A stretch of DNA of 64,000 nt from Methylophaga sp. 41_12_T18 (lineage in GTDB: Bacteria > Pseudomonadota > Gammaproteobacteria > Nitrosococcales > Methylophagaceae), in the NCBI GenBank assembly GCA_002163115.1, contig MAAI01000035.1, positions 24,004-88,003 on the forward strand, read 5' to 3'. Of this stretch, positions 47,763 to 59,475 are shown piece by piece. The position numbers and the translations under genes are program-made. The number at the start of each line of letters is the position of its first letter. Position 1 is the stretch's first letter. The notes beneath the pieces are model-generated. The model made no database searches, was not told the DNA's origin, and saw only the letters and a list, made by a program, of their open reading frames with translations.

Positions 47763-48310
47763 CAGTTCTTTAATTCATCCAGTCTAATTTGCAAGGCAGT
47801 TAATAATTTTTCAGGGTTTTCAACGACTGTTGTTGCTTCGAAAGACCTCAGTTTGTGGGTATGTTCAAGATCAACAGTACGCGGCCAAAGTCGAACCATA
47901 CGATCTGGGGCTGGGGTATCCATTTCTGGTTCCGTATCACAGGCTAATACAATACTTGGAATGCGGCACTTTCCTGCCTGTGCATAAATATTGGTGACTA
48001 AGGTATCTGATAAACCTAAGACCATTTTTGCGACAGTATTCGATGTTGCAGGTGCCACTATCAAAGTATGGTAATCACCTCGATAGAACAAACCTACTGG
48101 TGGTGAACTAGCGGCACGATCTCGGTAGACACGACCATCATTAATTGCCTTAGGATCATGACCGTACATCCGGACAACTTCTTCTCCAGCCTGACTATAA
48201 AACAGGTCAATATCATCAAAATCACGGATGATATCTAAGCACTCTTCTAAGTAATGACCTGAACCTGTTACCGCCCACGCGATACGTGGTTTTTCGGGAC
48301 GAGCTTGCAT
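47762..48310 (-). CDS. Flavoprotein of the AfpA/DmrB type (candidate dihydromethanopterin reductase)
   Basis: 182 aa. RIAWAVTGSGHYLEE and VAPATSNTVAKM are characteristic of the flavoprotein (CoaC-like) fold. First gene of the four-gene block. Confidence 0.65.
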   Translation of the reverse strand: MQARPEKPRIAWAVTGSGHYLEECLDIIRDFDDIDLFYSQAGEEVVRMYGHDPKAINDGRVYRDRAASSPPVGLFYRGDYHTLIVAPATSNTVAKMVLGLSDTLVTNIYAQAGKCRIPSIVLACDTEPEMDTPAPDRMVRLWPRTVDLEHTHKLRSFEATTVVENPEKLLTALQIRLDELKN

Positions 48311-48445
48311 GAAAAAAACCTCAAAAATGTTATATAGTTGAAATTTTGACAGACTCAGCGCGGTTAGTAAAAATTAGATAGGATTAGCCTTGTTTTTTAC
48401 GTTAGAATTAACATCAACTATAAGAATTAAGTATGGAGAGAGAAC

Positions 48446-49768
48446 ATGGCAACAGCATCAACTACCCCCCCTAAAATTGTCGTCGTCGGTGGAGGTGCAG
48501 GTGGCCTTGAGCTTGTCACCAAATTAGGTAGGAAGTTAGGTCGTAAAGGTAAAGCCGAGGTTACCCTAGTTGATAGCACTCATACCCATATCTGGAAACC
48601 TTTGCTTCATGAAGTTGCTGCGGGAACTTTAGATTCACATGAAGATGAGATTGAATACTTAAGCCAAGCAAAATGCAGTGGCTTTCGCTTTCGTCTGGGT
48701 CGGATGGAATCACTTGATCGTGTTAATAAACAAATCACCGTTGCGCCAACAAAAGATCAAGAAGGCGTAGAAATTATTCCCCAGCGAACATTTGACTATG
48801 ACTACTTAATTATCTCAGTGGGTAGTATCAGTCACGACTTCAATATTAAAGGTGTGAAAGAGCACTGCTTGTTCTTAGATACCACCAAACAAGCTGAAGC
48901 CTTCCAAAGAAAATTACTACAATCTTATGTAAGAGCACACACGCAAGGTAAGCCTTTAGATCAAGGTCAACTTGATATTGCCATTGTGGGTGCCGGCGCT
49001 ACCGGTATTGAGTTGAGCGCTCAATTACATGAAGTATCTCACCTGTTGAATGCTTATGGCTTAGATGAAGTGGCACCAGCCGATGTTAATATCAGTATTA
49101 TTGAAGCGGCCAAACGTGTCTTACCTGGTTTACCTGAAAACTTATCAGAATCAACTGAAAAAGAATTAGAAAAACTCGGTGTTAACTTGCTCACTGACGA
49201 GCGGGTAGTGGAAGTCACCGAGACTGAAATAAAAACTGAAAGTGGTAAGGTTATTCCAGCAGCGATTAAAGTCTGGGCTGCCGGCATTAAGGCACCTGAA
49301 TTTTTGAAAGACATCGCCGGCCTTGAAACCAATTGGATGAATCAGCTGGTTGTTAAGCAAACTCTGCAAACAACCTTAGATGATGATATCTATGCGATCG
49401 GTGATTGCTGTGCTTGTAAATGGCAGGGTCACGATGAAAACGTACCACCGCGTGCTCAAGCTGCTCACCAGATGGCATCATTGGTCTTTAAATCCATTAA
49501 AAACCGCATGACTGACAAAGAAATACCTGATTATCACTATCATGATTATGGTTCACTGGTTTCTCTTGGTAAGTACAGTACTGTTGGTAATATGATGGGC
49601 AACTTAAGCAAGGGCAGTTTAATGATCGAAGGCTCTTTGGCGAGATTGATGTATTTGTCGTTATACAAAATGCACCAAGTCGCTTTATTTGGCCCGTTCC
49701 GTGTTGCCATGTTGACCTTGTCACATATCTTCCGTCGTAGTGTGCATCCAAATATCAAGCTTCACTAA
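48446..49768 (+). CDS. ndh: Type II NADH:quinone oxidoreductase
   Basis: 440 aa. Two dinucleotide-binding motifs (IVVVGGGAGG, IAIVGAGATG). AIGDC motif. Confidence 0.92.
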   Translation: MATASTTPPKIVVVGGGAGGLELVTKLGRKLGRKGKAEVTLVDSTHTHIWKPLLHEVAAGTLDSHEDEIEYLSQAKCSGFRFRLGRMESLDRVNKQITVAPTKDQEGVEIIPQRTFDYDYLIISVGSISHDFNIKGVKEHCLFLDTTKQAEAFQRKLLQSYVRAHTQGKPLDQGQLDIAIVGAGATGIELSAQLHEVSHLLNAYGLDEVAPADVNISIIEAAKRVLPGLPENLSESTEKELEKLGVNLLTDERVVEVTETEIKTESGKVIPAAIKVWAAGIKAPEFLKDIAGLETNWMNQLVVKQTLQTTLDDDIYAIGDCCACKWQGHDENVPPRAQAAHQMASLVFKSIKNRMTDKEIPDYHYHDYGSLVSLGKYSTVGNMMGNLSKGSLMIEGSLARLMYLSLYKMHQVALFGPFRVAMLTLSHIFRRSVHPNIKLH

Positions 49769-49801
49769 ATTTGTAGCTAAGTTCACAACTGTTATGCAAA
49801 T

Positions 49802-49828
49802 AAAAAAGGCCCTATTAGGGCCTTTTTT
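49802..49828. terminator. Bidirectional rho-independent terminator (ndh / cytochrome b561)
   Basis: aaaaaaggccct-att-agggcctttttt is a perfect palindrome flanked by A- and T-runs. Confidence 0.85.
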
Positions 49829-49854
49829 ATTTAACATTTTTCTGACAATGACTT

Positions 49855-50406
49855 TTATTTTAAGCTCATTCTGTCCATTAATCTTACGCCAGCTAGCTTG
49901 TGTTTTATCAGTGCAGCCACATGAACCACAATCAACACCATAAATATAACAGACAGCCACTCATGAATGTCTGACATATTGTCACGCATCACTTTGTCAG
50001 CATCAGCAATTCGTGGCATGACTAATCCCCAAAATTTTGTATCATATTTGCTGTATATCGATTGCATATAACCAGAAACAGGCATCGCAATCATAAAGGT
50101 ATACAACAGACCATGTACCGCTCCAGCTGCTCGCTGTTGCCATTTACTTATGCTTGCTGGCAATGGTGGCGCTTTATGCATTAAACGCCAGCCTAAACGC
50201 ACTGCAATCAATATGGCCGCGGTAATGCCCAAAGATTTATGCAATAAAAAATAAAATGCCCTAACACTTTCTTCACCAGGTGGTAACTCATGCTTTTTGG
50301 GTAGCTCAACCATAAACAAGCCTAGACCAATCATTGCCAAAATCATTACTGCGATTAGCCAATGTAGGATCACTTGCACTCGGTCGTAACGTGCCTCAAC
50401 CATCAT
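49855..50406 (-). CDS. Cytochrome b561 family protein (CybB/YceJ-like)
   Basis: Start chosen at ATG 50406, 7 nt after GGAG and downstream of the gyrB terminator. RYDRVQVILHWLIAVMIL and later His ligands. 4 TM. Confidence 0.85.
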   Translation of the reverse strand: MMVEARYDRVQVILHWLIAVMILAMIGLGLFMVELPKKHELPPGEESVRAFYFLLHKSLGITAAILIAVRLGWRLMHKAPPLPASISKWQQRAAGAVHGLLYTFMIAMPVSGYMQSIYSKYDTKFWGLVMPRIADADKVMRDNMSDIHEWLSVIFMVLIVVHVAALIKHKLAGVRLMDRMSLK

Positions 50407-50432
50407 TCTTTTCTCCATCAATATTGTTGTAT

Positions 50433-50466
50433 AAAAAAAGGCCATAATAGACTGGCTATTATGACC
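50433..50466 (-). terminator. Rho-independent terminator of gyrB
   Basis: On the minus strand GGUCAUAAUAG-ccagu-CUAUUAUGGCC (one G-U pair) is followed by U7. Confidence 0.75.
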
Positions 50467-50490
50467 TCATGACTAGATAAAAATTCCTTG

Positions 50491-52953
<2,463 letters not shown>

Positions 52954-52980
52954 CTACTATTTATATGACTTAGTTGATAG

Positions 52981-54060
52981 CTAAGCGTTAGCTAGCTTAA
53001 TCTCACCCTGTTCCACGTGAAACACTTTATCTTTTTCATCTTTAACTAGCTCACCAAGACTAAGATCTGTACTACTAATAAAGGACTGCACTGGCAGTTT
53101 TTTTAACTCTATTAATACGTTCTGTTGATGAGCAATATCTAGCTCGGAACTTAAATCATCAATAAGTAGAATACTTCTTTCATTGCCATCTTTTATCGCT
53201 AACTTTCCTTGCGCCATACTTAATGCCAGATAAAATAATTTTTGCTGGCCTCGTGATAACATTTCAGCAGGATCGGCATCATTGAGTTTGAAAGACCAAT
53301 CTGCCGCATGAGCACCTGATCGGGTGTAACCTAGTTTTCTATCTCGCTCAAAACTACTGTCTAGACTTGCCGATAAACTTTGCTCCTTCAGCCAACCGCT
53401 TTGATACTTCAAACTAACCTCAGCCAACTTAAAGTCGGTACACAGTCGGGTGAATATCGGTACAAACTCGGTAAGTAAGTTACTCAAGTAACTTAAACGA
53501 TAGCTATTAATCTGTTCACCATGTTCACTGAGGTGTGTATTCCATAAAGTTATTTCAGCTGTTGGCTTACGTTTTTTAAGTGCTGAGTTACGCTGTTGTA
53601 ATACTTTTTTGTAGGATTGCCAGTGATAATTAAATCTATGTTCCACGTGAAACACTCCCCAGTCGACAAGTTGTCGCCTGAAGCGAGGCCCCAATTCAAA
53701 GAACTGGTGACAGTTGGCAGAGATATATTGCAAGGGGAGTTGAGATGCAAGATCAGACAGTTTTTTTAATGGCGCACTGTTAAGTCTAATCTGGATACCA
53801 GAAGTGAGCGAGTACTGAAGCCCCACTGGAGTGTCCGAATTTATTTTAGCAATCACTTGAAATTGTTGCTGGCCAAATTGAATTACATTTTTCAGAGTCC
53901 GAGTTCGAAATGAACGTCCCAATGCCAGTAAATGGATCGCTTCAATGATGCTTGTTTTTCCTGAGCCATTATCACCAAGTAAAAAATTGACCTCTTTGCT
54001 TGGTTGAATATTTATCGCTGAAATATTTCTTAATGATGAGATGGACAGTTGGCTAAGCAC
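52981..54060 (-). CDS. recF: DNA replication and repair protein RecF
   Basis: 359 aa. Walker A GDNGSGKTSIIEAI, signature SRGQQKL, Walker B LLIDDLSSELD. GTG start. Confidence 0.95.
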   Translation of the reverse strand: MLSQLSISSLRNISAINIQPSKEVNFLLGDNGSGKTSIIEAIHLLALGRSFRTRTLKNVIQFGQQQFQVIAKINSDTPVGLQYSLTSGIQIRLNSAPLKKLSDLASQLPLQYISANCHQFFELGPRFRRQLVDWGVFHVEHRFNYHWQSYKKVLQQRNSALKKRKPTAEITLWNTHLSEHGEQINSYRLSYLSNLLTEFVPIFTRLCTDFKLAEVSLKYQSGWLKEQSLSASLDSSFERDRKLGYTRSGAHAADWSFKLNDADPAEMLSRGQQKLFYLALSMAQGKLAIKDGNERSILLIDDLSSELDIAHQQNVLIELKKLPVQSFISSTDLSLGELVKDEKDKVFHVEQGEIKLANA

Positions 54061-54194
54061 TTTTGAATAAATTTCCTGAATATAATTTGCAACGACAGCA
54101 AAGCAAGCTGAATCAATACCAACTTACCACAAACAGGCCAGCTGAATTTTTCTAAATTAACAGACCTTTAATATAAGAAGGTAAGTGCATAAAC

Positions 54195-54359
54195 TTAAAC
54201 TTCCACCATTTCAAAATCTTCTTTTACAGCACCACAATCAGGACATTCCCAACTAGCAGGAACATCTGCCCAGCGAGTACCTGGAGTGATACCACTTTCC
54301 GGGTGGCCAAGAGCTTCATCATAAACAAAGCCGCAGATAATACATTGCCATTTTTTCAT
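54195..54359 (-). CDS. Rubredoxin
   Basis: Start chosen at [15 protein letters not shown] (ATG 54359, 7 nt after GGAGGA). Two CxxC pairs (CIIC, CPDC). Confidence 0.93.
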   Translation of the reverse strand: MKKWQCIICGFVYDEALGHPESGITPGTRWADVPASWECPDCGAVKEDFEMVEV

Positions 54360-54542
54360 CGCCATATCCTCCCTCAAATAATTACTTTTTTATAAGGGTA
54401 ATAACTGTCTATAGGCTATTATCGAACATATCTTTATATATGTCGCTACTTAACTTAACTATAAACATTTCAACTATTTAGCCGCAAAGCCTATTTTTGA
54501 TATATATTGTCATTAATCCAAATATAAGTGGAAATTACGATT

Positions 54543-55445
54543 ATGAATCTACCCACACTCAGACAATTACAGTATTTAATCGCCGTCATTGAATTAAAAC
54601 ATTTTGGCCATGCCGCTGAACGTTGTTTTGTCACTCAATCAACCCTGAGTGCCGGCATTCAAGATCTAGAAAGCCTACTTGGTATTACCTTACTAGAGCG
54701 AACGAATAGAAAAGTATTACCCACTGATATAGGTATAGAAATAGCTGAGAAAGCCCAGGCCATATTATCGTTAACTGCAGATTTAGTTGATCTCGCACAA
54801 TCTGAAAAAAACCCTTTGTCTGGTCGAATTCGCATTGGCCTTATTCCTACTATTAGTCCCTTTTTATTGCCGCAAGTCTTACCTGAAGTTCGGAAGCAAT
54901 TACCCTTGCTCGAGTTAGTATTGGTAGAAGATCAGTCAGAACGATTATTAGACCAACTGGAAGCTGGCACCATTGATATAGCAGTGTTAGCTTTACCGTT
55001 TAATCTGAGAGGCTTTAAGCATAAAATATTTCTGCAAGAACAGTTCTATGTTGCCTTACCTAAACAACATCCATTAAATAACAAAACAACCATTGATGCA
55101 GAACAATTGCCTCTTGATGAGCTGATGTTATTAAAGGAAGGTCATTGTTTACGAGAGCATGCTCTCGCAGCATGTAATTTACCTGCGAATAGCCGCAGAA
55201 CCAGTGTGCAAGGAACCAGCCTCTATACCTTAATTGAAATGGTCGCTGGAGGCTCAGGAATAACATTAGTCCCAGAAATAGCGTTAAAGTCCGAGATCGT
55301 CAGTCATAGTGAGATCAGCTTAAAGCCATTAACAAATTCAACGGACAAACCGATGCGTGAATTAGCATTGATCTGGCGTAGTAGTTATCGTCGACATGAG
55401 ACGCTAGAAAGACTGAATACAATATTTCATGATTGTCTTAAATAA
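54543..55445 (+). CDS. oxyR: Hydrogen-peroxide-sensing LysR regulator OxyR
   Basis: Start chosen at MNLPTLRQLQYLIAVIELKHFGHAAERCFVTQSTLSAGIQDLE. Redox cysteines in KEGHCLREHALAAC correspond to OxyR C199/C208. Confidence 0.88.
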   Translation: MNLPTLRQLQYLIAVIELKHFGHAAERCFVTQSTLSAGIQDLESLLGITLLERTNRKVLPTDIGIEIAEKAQAILSLTADLVDLAQSEKNPLSGRIRIGLIPTISPFLLPQVLPEVRKQLPLLELVLVEDQSERLLDQLEAGTIDIAVLALPFNLRGFKHKIFLQEQFYVALPKQHPLNNKTTIDAEQLPLDELMLLKEGHCLREHALAACNLPANSRRTSVQGTSLYTLIEMVAGGSGITLVPEIALKSEIVSHSEISLKPLTNSTDKPMRELALIWRSSYRRHETLERLNTIFHDCLK

Positions 55446-55449
55446 ACGA

Positions 55450-56106
55450 TTAATTTTCTGAGCGAGCATAAAAGTAACGCATTTTTAAGAATTTTTCTTT
55501 TAACTCTTCCACGTTACTTAACCTTTTGAACGTGGCATAAACTCGACCCTTAGGATCGACAACAAATATATGATGTTCTTGTTCAATCATATACTGGCCA
55601 TTCGAAAACTTAGTTTTCAGAAAGAGGGCAATAAAACTACGCGCAATGTCATCCAGCTGGTCTGGTGAATCCGTCACTGCCACATTAAAATTAAGTTGCT
55701 GTGAATTAAGTATCGTTGCCAAACTTTCTGCAGTTTCATTTTCACCATCTAAACCTATCATCAAAAACTGAAAATCTTTGTTGGCAAACGCAGCTTGCAA
55801 AGTATTCATTGCCGTCAAAGCCGGCTTGCAACTTGAATGACAATTACCGTGGGTGAAATATACAAAACTCCATTTATCAATAAACCAATCTTGAGTAAGC
55901 ACTTGCTGATCTTTACTTAAAAGGGCAAAAGACGGTAATGGTCGCGGCGGAGACTCTAAATACGACAACATATCACTAGGAATATCTCGCAAGTCTTCAT
56001 GCACTAACGGTAAACGATTCATCAATAACACTAATAAAAAGCCAATAATTACAAGATATGTAAATAAAAAACGCTTAGAATTGAGGTTTTTGGAGATATC
56101 GACCAT
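55450..56106 (-). CDS. SCO1/SenC-family thioredoxin-fold protein
   Basis: Start chosen at MVDISKNLNSKRFLF (ATG 56106), which avoids overlap with murJ. TM anchor. CxxxC motif in FTHGNCHSSCKP. Confidence 0.7.
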   Translation of the reverse strand: MVDISKNLNSKRFLFTYLVIIGFLLVLLMNRLPLVHEDLRDIPSDMLSYLESPPRPLPSFALLSKDQQVLTQDWFIDKWSFVYFTHGNCHSSCKPALTAMNTLQAAFANKDFQFLMIGLDGENETAESLATILNSQQLNFNVAVTDSPDQLDDIARSFIALFLKTKFSNGQYMIEQEHHIFVVDPKGRVYATFKRLSNVEELKEKFLKMRYFYARSEN

Positions 56107-56156
56107 CTTACTGCTTCCACAAGGATAAAAGTTGAAGTTAAATCCTACCATTAATC

Positions 56157-57710
56157 ATGAGAACTCGAATGAGTGAAAAACTATTTAAGTCGACTGCCAT
56201 AGTTAGCATGATGACTTTTTTATCCCGTATCTTGGGATTTGTAAGAGATATTGTAATCGCAAGGATATTTGGTGCCGGTGTCGGGGCTGATGTCTTTTTT
56301 GTAGCCTTTAAGATCCCTAATTTTTTAAGACGCTTATTCGCTGAAGGTGCTTTTTCACAAGCCTTCATCCCAGTATTAGCTGAATATCGCGAGCGGGGCG
56401 ATAAAGATCTTAAAGAGTTGATTGCCAATACCAGCGGTACCCTAGCATTACTGTTGTTTGTAATTACCATCATTGGTGTTGTTCTCGCTCCAGTCTTAGT
56501 GGTGATTTTTGCCCCCGGCTTTATAGAAAACAAACCCAAACTAGATCTTGCTGGTGATTTATTAATGATCACTTTTCCTTATCTATTTTTTATTTCGCTA
56601 ACAGCACTAGCCGGATCAATATTAAATAGCTTTGGTAAGTTTGCCGCTCCAGCATTTACCCCCGTATTTTTAAACCTATCATTAATATCTTCGGCCTTAT
56701 GGTTATCGCCACAGTTAGAGCAACCGGTTATGGCGCTAGCTTGGGGAGTATTTATCGGCGGGGTAGTACAACTCGCATTTCAGATACCATTTCTAATTAG
56801 CATAAAACAATTGCCTAAGCCGAAATGGGGCTGGAAAAACAGCGGTGTACAAAAAATTCTTAAGTTGATGATACCTGCCATGTTTGGGGTTTCCGTTTCT
56901 CAAATCAACTTATTGCTCGATACCTTATTAGCCTCATTCCTTGTAACCGGTAGTATTTCTTGGCTGTATTACTCTGATCGGCTAGTCGAGTTTCCTTTAG
57001 GAATAGTAGGTATTGCCTTAGCGACAGTTATTCTGCCAAGCCTATCTAAAAAACATGCAGCAGCTTCAAAGGCTGAATTTTCACATACTATCGACTGGGC
57101 ACTACGCTGGGTATTTATCATTGGCACACCTGCAGCAATTGGCCTTATTGTACTTGCTGAACCTTTATTACTAACCTTGTTCCAGTATGGCGAGTTTAAG
57201 GCTGAGGATGCTCATCAAGCATCGCTAAGTTTAATGGCCTACGGCTTAGGTTTATTACCCTTTATCTTTATTAAAGTCTTAGCGCCGGGGTATTTTGCAC
57301 GCCAAGATATTAAAACCCCAGTTAAGATAGGCATTATCGCGATGGTAACCAATATGGTTCTAAACGTGATCCTTATGTTGCAATTCGCTCATGTAGGCTT
57401 AGCCTTAGCCACCGCTTTATCAGCCGGTTTAAATGCCGCATTATTATTTGTAGGCTTACGTAAACTTGCTGTCTATCAACCTGGTTCAGGTTGGCCTTTG
57501 TTTTTAATAAAACTATTACTCGTCAACGCTAGCTTATTAATCGCCTTATTATGGTTAACACCAGAGAGTAATGCTTGGATCGATTGGGATGTATGGCAAC
57601 GATTCAGTCAGTTATTCATCCTCATTGCTGCAGCTATCGTGGTCTATTTTGCAAGCCTAATGATGGTTGGCATCAACGTGAAAAGTTTATTTAAATTAAA
57701 TAAATCATAA
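56157..57710 (+). CDS. murJ: Lipid II flippase MurJ
   Basis: 517 aa. LFKSTAIVSMMTFLSRILGFVRDIVIARIFGAG is the canonical MurJ N-terminus. About 14 TM. Confidence 0.95.
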   Translation: MRTRMSEKLFKSTAIVSMMTFLSRILGFVRDIVIARIFGAGVGADVFFVAFKIPNFLRRLFAEGAFSQAFIPVLAEYRERGDKDLKELIANTSGTLALLLFVITIIGVVLAPVLVVIFAPGFIENKPKLDLAGDLLMITFPYLFFISLTALAGSILNSFGKFAAPAFTPVFLNLSLISSALWLSPQLEQPVMALAWGVFIGGVVQLAFQIPFLISIKQLPKPKWGWKNSGVQKILKLMIPAMFGVSVSQINLLLDTLLASFLVTGSISWLYYSDRLVEFPLGIVGIALATVILPSLSKKHAAASKAEFSHTIDWALRWVFIIGTPAAIGLIVLAEPLLLTLFQYGEFKAEDAHQASLSLMAYGLGLLPFIFIKVLAPGYFARQDIKTPVKIGIIAMVTNMVLNVILMLQFAHVGLALATALSAGLNAALLFVGLRKLAVYQPGSGWPLFLIKLLLVNASLLIALLWLTPESNAWIDWDVWQRFSQLFILIAAAIVVYFASLMMVGINVKSLFKLNKS

Positions 57711-57726
57711 AGAAAAAGCTATAAAC

Positions 57727-57756
57727 AAAAAAAGCCCTCATTAAGAGGGCTTTTTT
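57727..57756. terminator. Bidirectional rho-independent terminator (murJ / ompW)
   Basis: aaaaaaa-GCCCTC-attaa-GAGGGC-tttttt. Confidence 0.85.
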
Positions 57757-57774
57757 ATAACGTATAAAACGTTT

Positions 57775-58455
57775 TTAGAATCGACGACCGATACCAATAC
57801 CCCAAACAATTGGGTCGATATCCGCTTTAATTTTAGCATCAACAGTGCCACCTAAAATATTTGAGAAGTGCGCTTCTGTATCAATATCAATGTACTTAAC
57901 ATCTAAGTTCACAAACCAGTCATCATTGATCTCAACATCAACACCTGCTTGTGCAGCAAAACCCCAAGAACTATCTAAATTGATGTTATCACCTGATGTT
58001 TCAATAACACCTGTTGTTTGTTCATCAAAGAAGTAAGTGTAGTTAATACCCGCACCAACATATGGACGAATTTTTTCATTAGGGCGGAAATGGTATTGCA
58101 GCAACAAAGTTGGTGGTAATACCTTAGTATCAACAACATCACCTAAGCTTGCTGGTGTAGCTGATTTTTCACCAGTAATAGTGTGCTCAGAGTAACCTAA
58201 GATAAGTTCCACACCCCAGTTAGGAGTAATCATGTAGGTAATATCAAGCTCTGGAATGGTATCAGAGTCAACCTTTACACCCTCACCAGCATTTGCGCCA
58301 TTAACGAATAAATCACCACTGCTGTCTTGAGGTGAGATATGAGCTATACGCCCTCGAACTAACCAGTCGCCTGCTTCATATGCCATTACCGGTGTTGCTA
58401 CCGCTGAAATGCCTGTTGCTGCTAACAGTGCAATTGCAAGTTTTGTTGCTTTCAT
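57775..58455 (-). CDS. ompW: Outer membrane protein OmpW
   Basis: 226 aa. Signal peptide. YEAGDWLVRGRIAHISP and C-terminal ...GIGIGRRF. Strong AGGAGG RBS. Confidence 0.92.
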   Translation of the reverse strand: MKATKLAIALLAATGISAVATPVMAYEAGDWLVRGRIAHISPQDSSGDLFVNGANAGEGVKVDSDTIPELDITYMITPNWGVELILGYSEHTITGEKSATPASLGDVVDTKVLPPTLLLQYHFRPNEKIRPYVGAGINYTYFFDEQTTGVIETSGDNINLDSSWGFAAQAGVDVEINDDWFVNLDVKYIDIDTEAHFSNILGGTVDAKIKADIDPIVWGIGIGRRF

Positions 58456-58545
58456 TGATGTTCCTCCTAGGAATTACTTTTATTTGATTTCTTAACTTAA
58501 TATTTAATGGTAAGAGATCATACGAGTCCTCTACCTTTATAGCCT

Positions 58546-58559
58546 ATGATCCAGATCAA
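58546..58559. promoter_or_regulatory. FNR/ANR box upstream of ompW
   Basis: aTGATccagATCAA matches TTGAT-N4-ATCAA at 9/10. Centred ~97 nt upstream of the ompW ATG. An fnr gene is adjacent. Confidence 0.6.
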
Positions 58560-58628
58560 GAAACTATTCTTTAGAGACTACTTCCATCCATCTTTTACAA
58601 AAAAAACACAACAGATTCAAGTTTTACT

Positions 58629-59378
58629 TTAACCACATATTTTTTTCAATTCATCCATATCAATTAATGAAATAGATTTGCCATTAATTACAATCAAACT
58701 TTCTTCTTGAAAACGAGAAAATAGCCGACTAATCGTTTCAACCGCCAAACCAAGATGATTGGCAATATCACCTCGTGACATACTCAACTGAAAATCTGCC
58801 GCTGAAAAGCCGCGTTCTTGGAATCGTTTGGATAAAGAAAGCAAGAAAGTGGCTAATTTTTCTTCCGCAGATTTTTTACCCAACAACAACATTAAGCCTT
58901 TATCACCTGATAATTCTTTACTCAGGCGGGTCAGCAATTGTAGTTGCAGTTGTGGCATTTGTTGACCTAATTCTTGCAACGTTTCGTAGGGCAACTCACA
59001 GACTGAACTTGTTTCTAAGGCTCTAGCATTCGATTGGTATAACGATTCATGTATCGCATCTAAACCAATGAACTCTCCTGGAAAATAAAAGCCGGTAACT
59101 TGTTCTCGACCATTACTGGCGGCCACCGTAGTTTTAAACGTGCCTGATCGCACTACAAATAGAGATTTAAACTCTGTTTCAGCAGCAAATAAAGAATGGC
59201 CGCGTTTAAAATTCTGACTACGCTTAATAATTTTATCAAGCTGCTCTAGGTCATTACTATGTAAACCAAGTGGAAGGCACAGTCGATATAAAGAACAATC
59301 TTGGCAGACAACTCGGTGATCATTTTCAAGCTTTGCTAGATCATTAAATAACGGCGTTACATTATTCGAGGAAGCCAT
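58629..59378 (-). CDS. fnr: Oxygen-sensing Crp/Fnr-family regulator FNR (ANR)
   Basis: 249 aa. N-terminal Cys cluster CQDCSLYRLC plus a central Cys. HTH with ETISR recognition motif. Confidence 0.92.
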   Translation of the reverse strand: MASSNNVTPLFNDLAKLENDHRVVCQDCSLYRLCLPLGLHSNDLEQLDKIIKRSQNFKRGHSLFAAETEFKSLFVVRSGTFKTTVAASNGREQVTGFYFPGEFIGLDAIHESLYQSNARALETSSVCELPYETLQELGQQMPQLQLQLLTRLSKELSGDKGLMLLLGKKSAEEKLATFLLSLSKRFQERGFSAADFQLSMSRGDIANHLGLAVETISRLFSRFQEESLIVINGKSISLIDMDELKKICG

Positions 59379-59475
59379 TCGTTCTCCTATATAAGATACC
59401 TAGAATATAATACCCCTTCAAACACGACTCTTAAACAGTTATTATGCTGTTTTATTTAAAAATTCAGGACAGACC

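Noticed and set aside
54061-54194. Possible oriC/DnaA-box cluster upstream of recF
   Set aside because: Only one loose resemblance (ttaccacaa) to TTATCCACA was found. There is no cluster of boxes and no AT-rich 13-mer repeats.
56138-56572. 144-aa ORF antisense to murJ, and the 5' extension of the SCO1-like ORF to 56151
   Set aside because: It overlaps the conserved murJ N-terminus. The SCO1-like protein has a sensible internal start at 56106 that removes the overlap.
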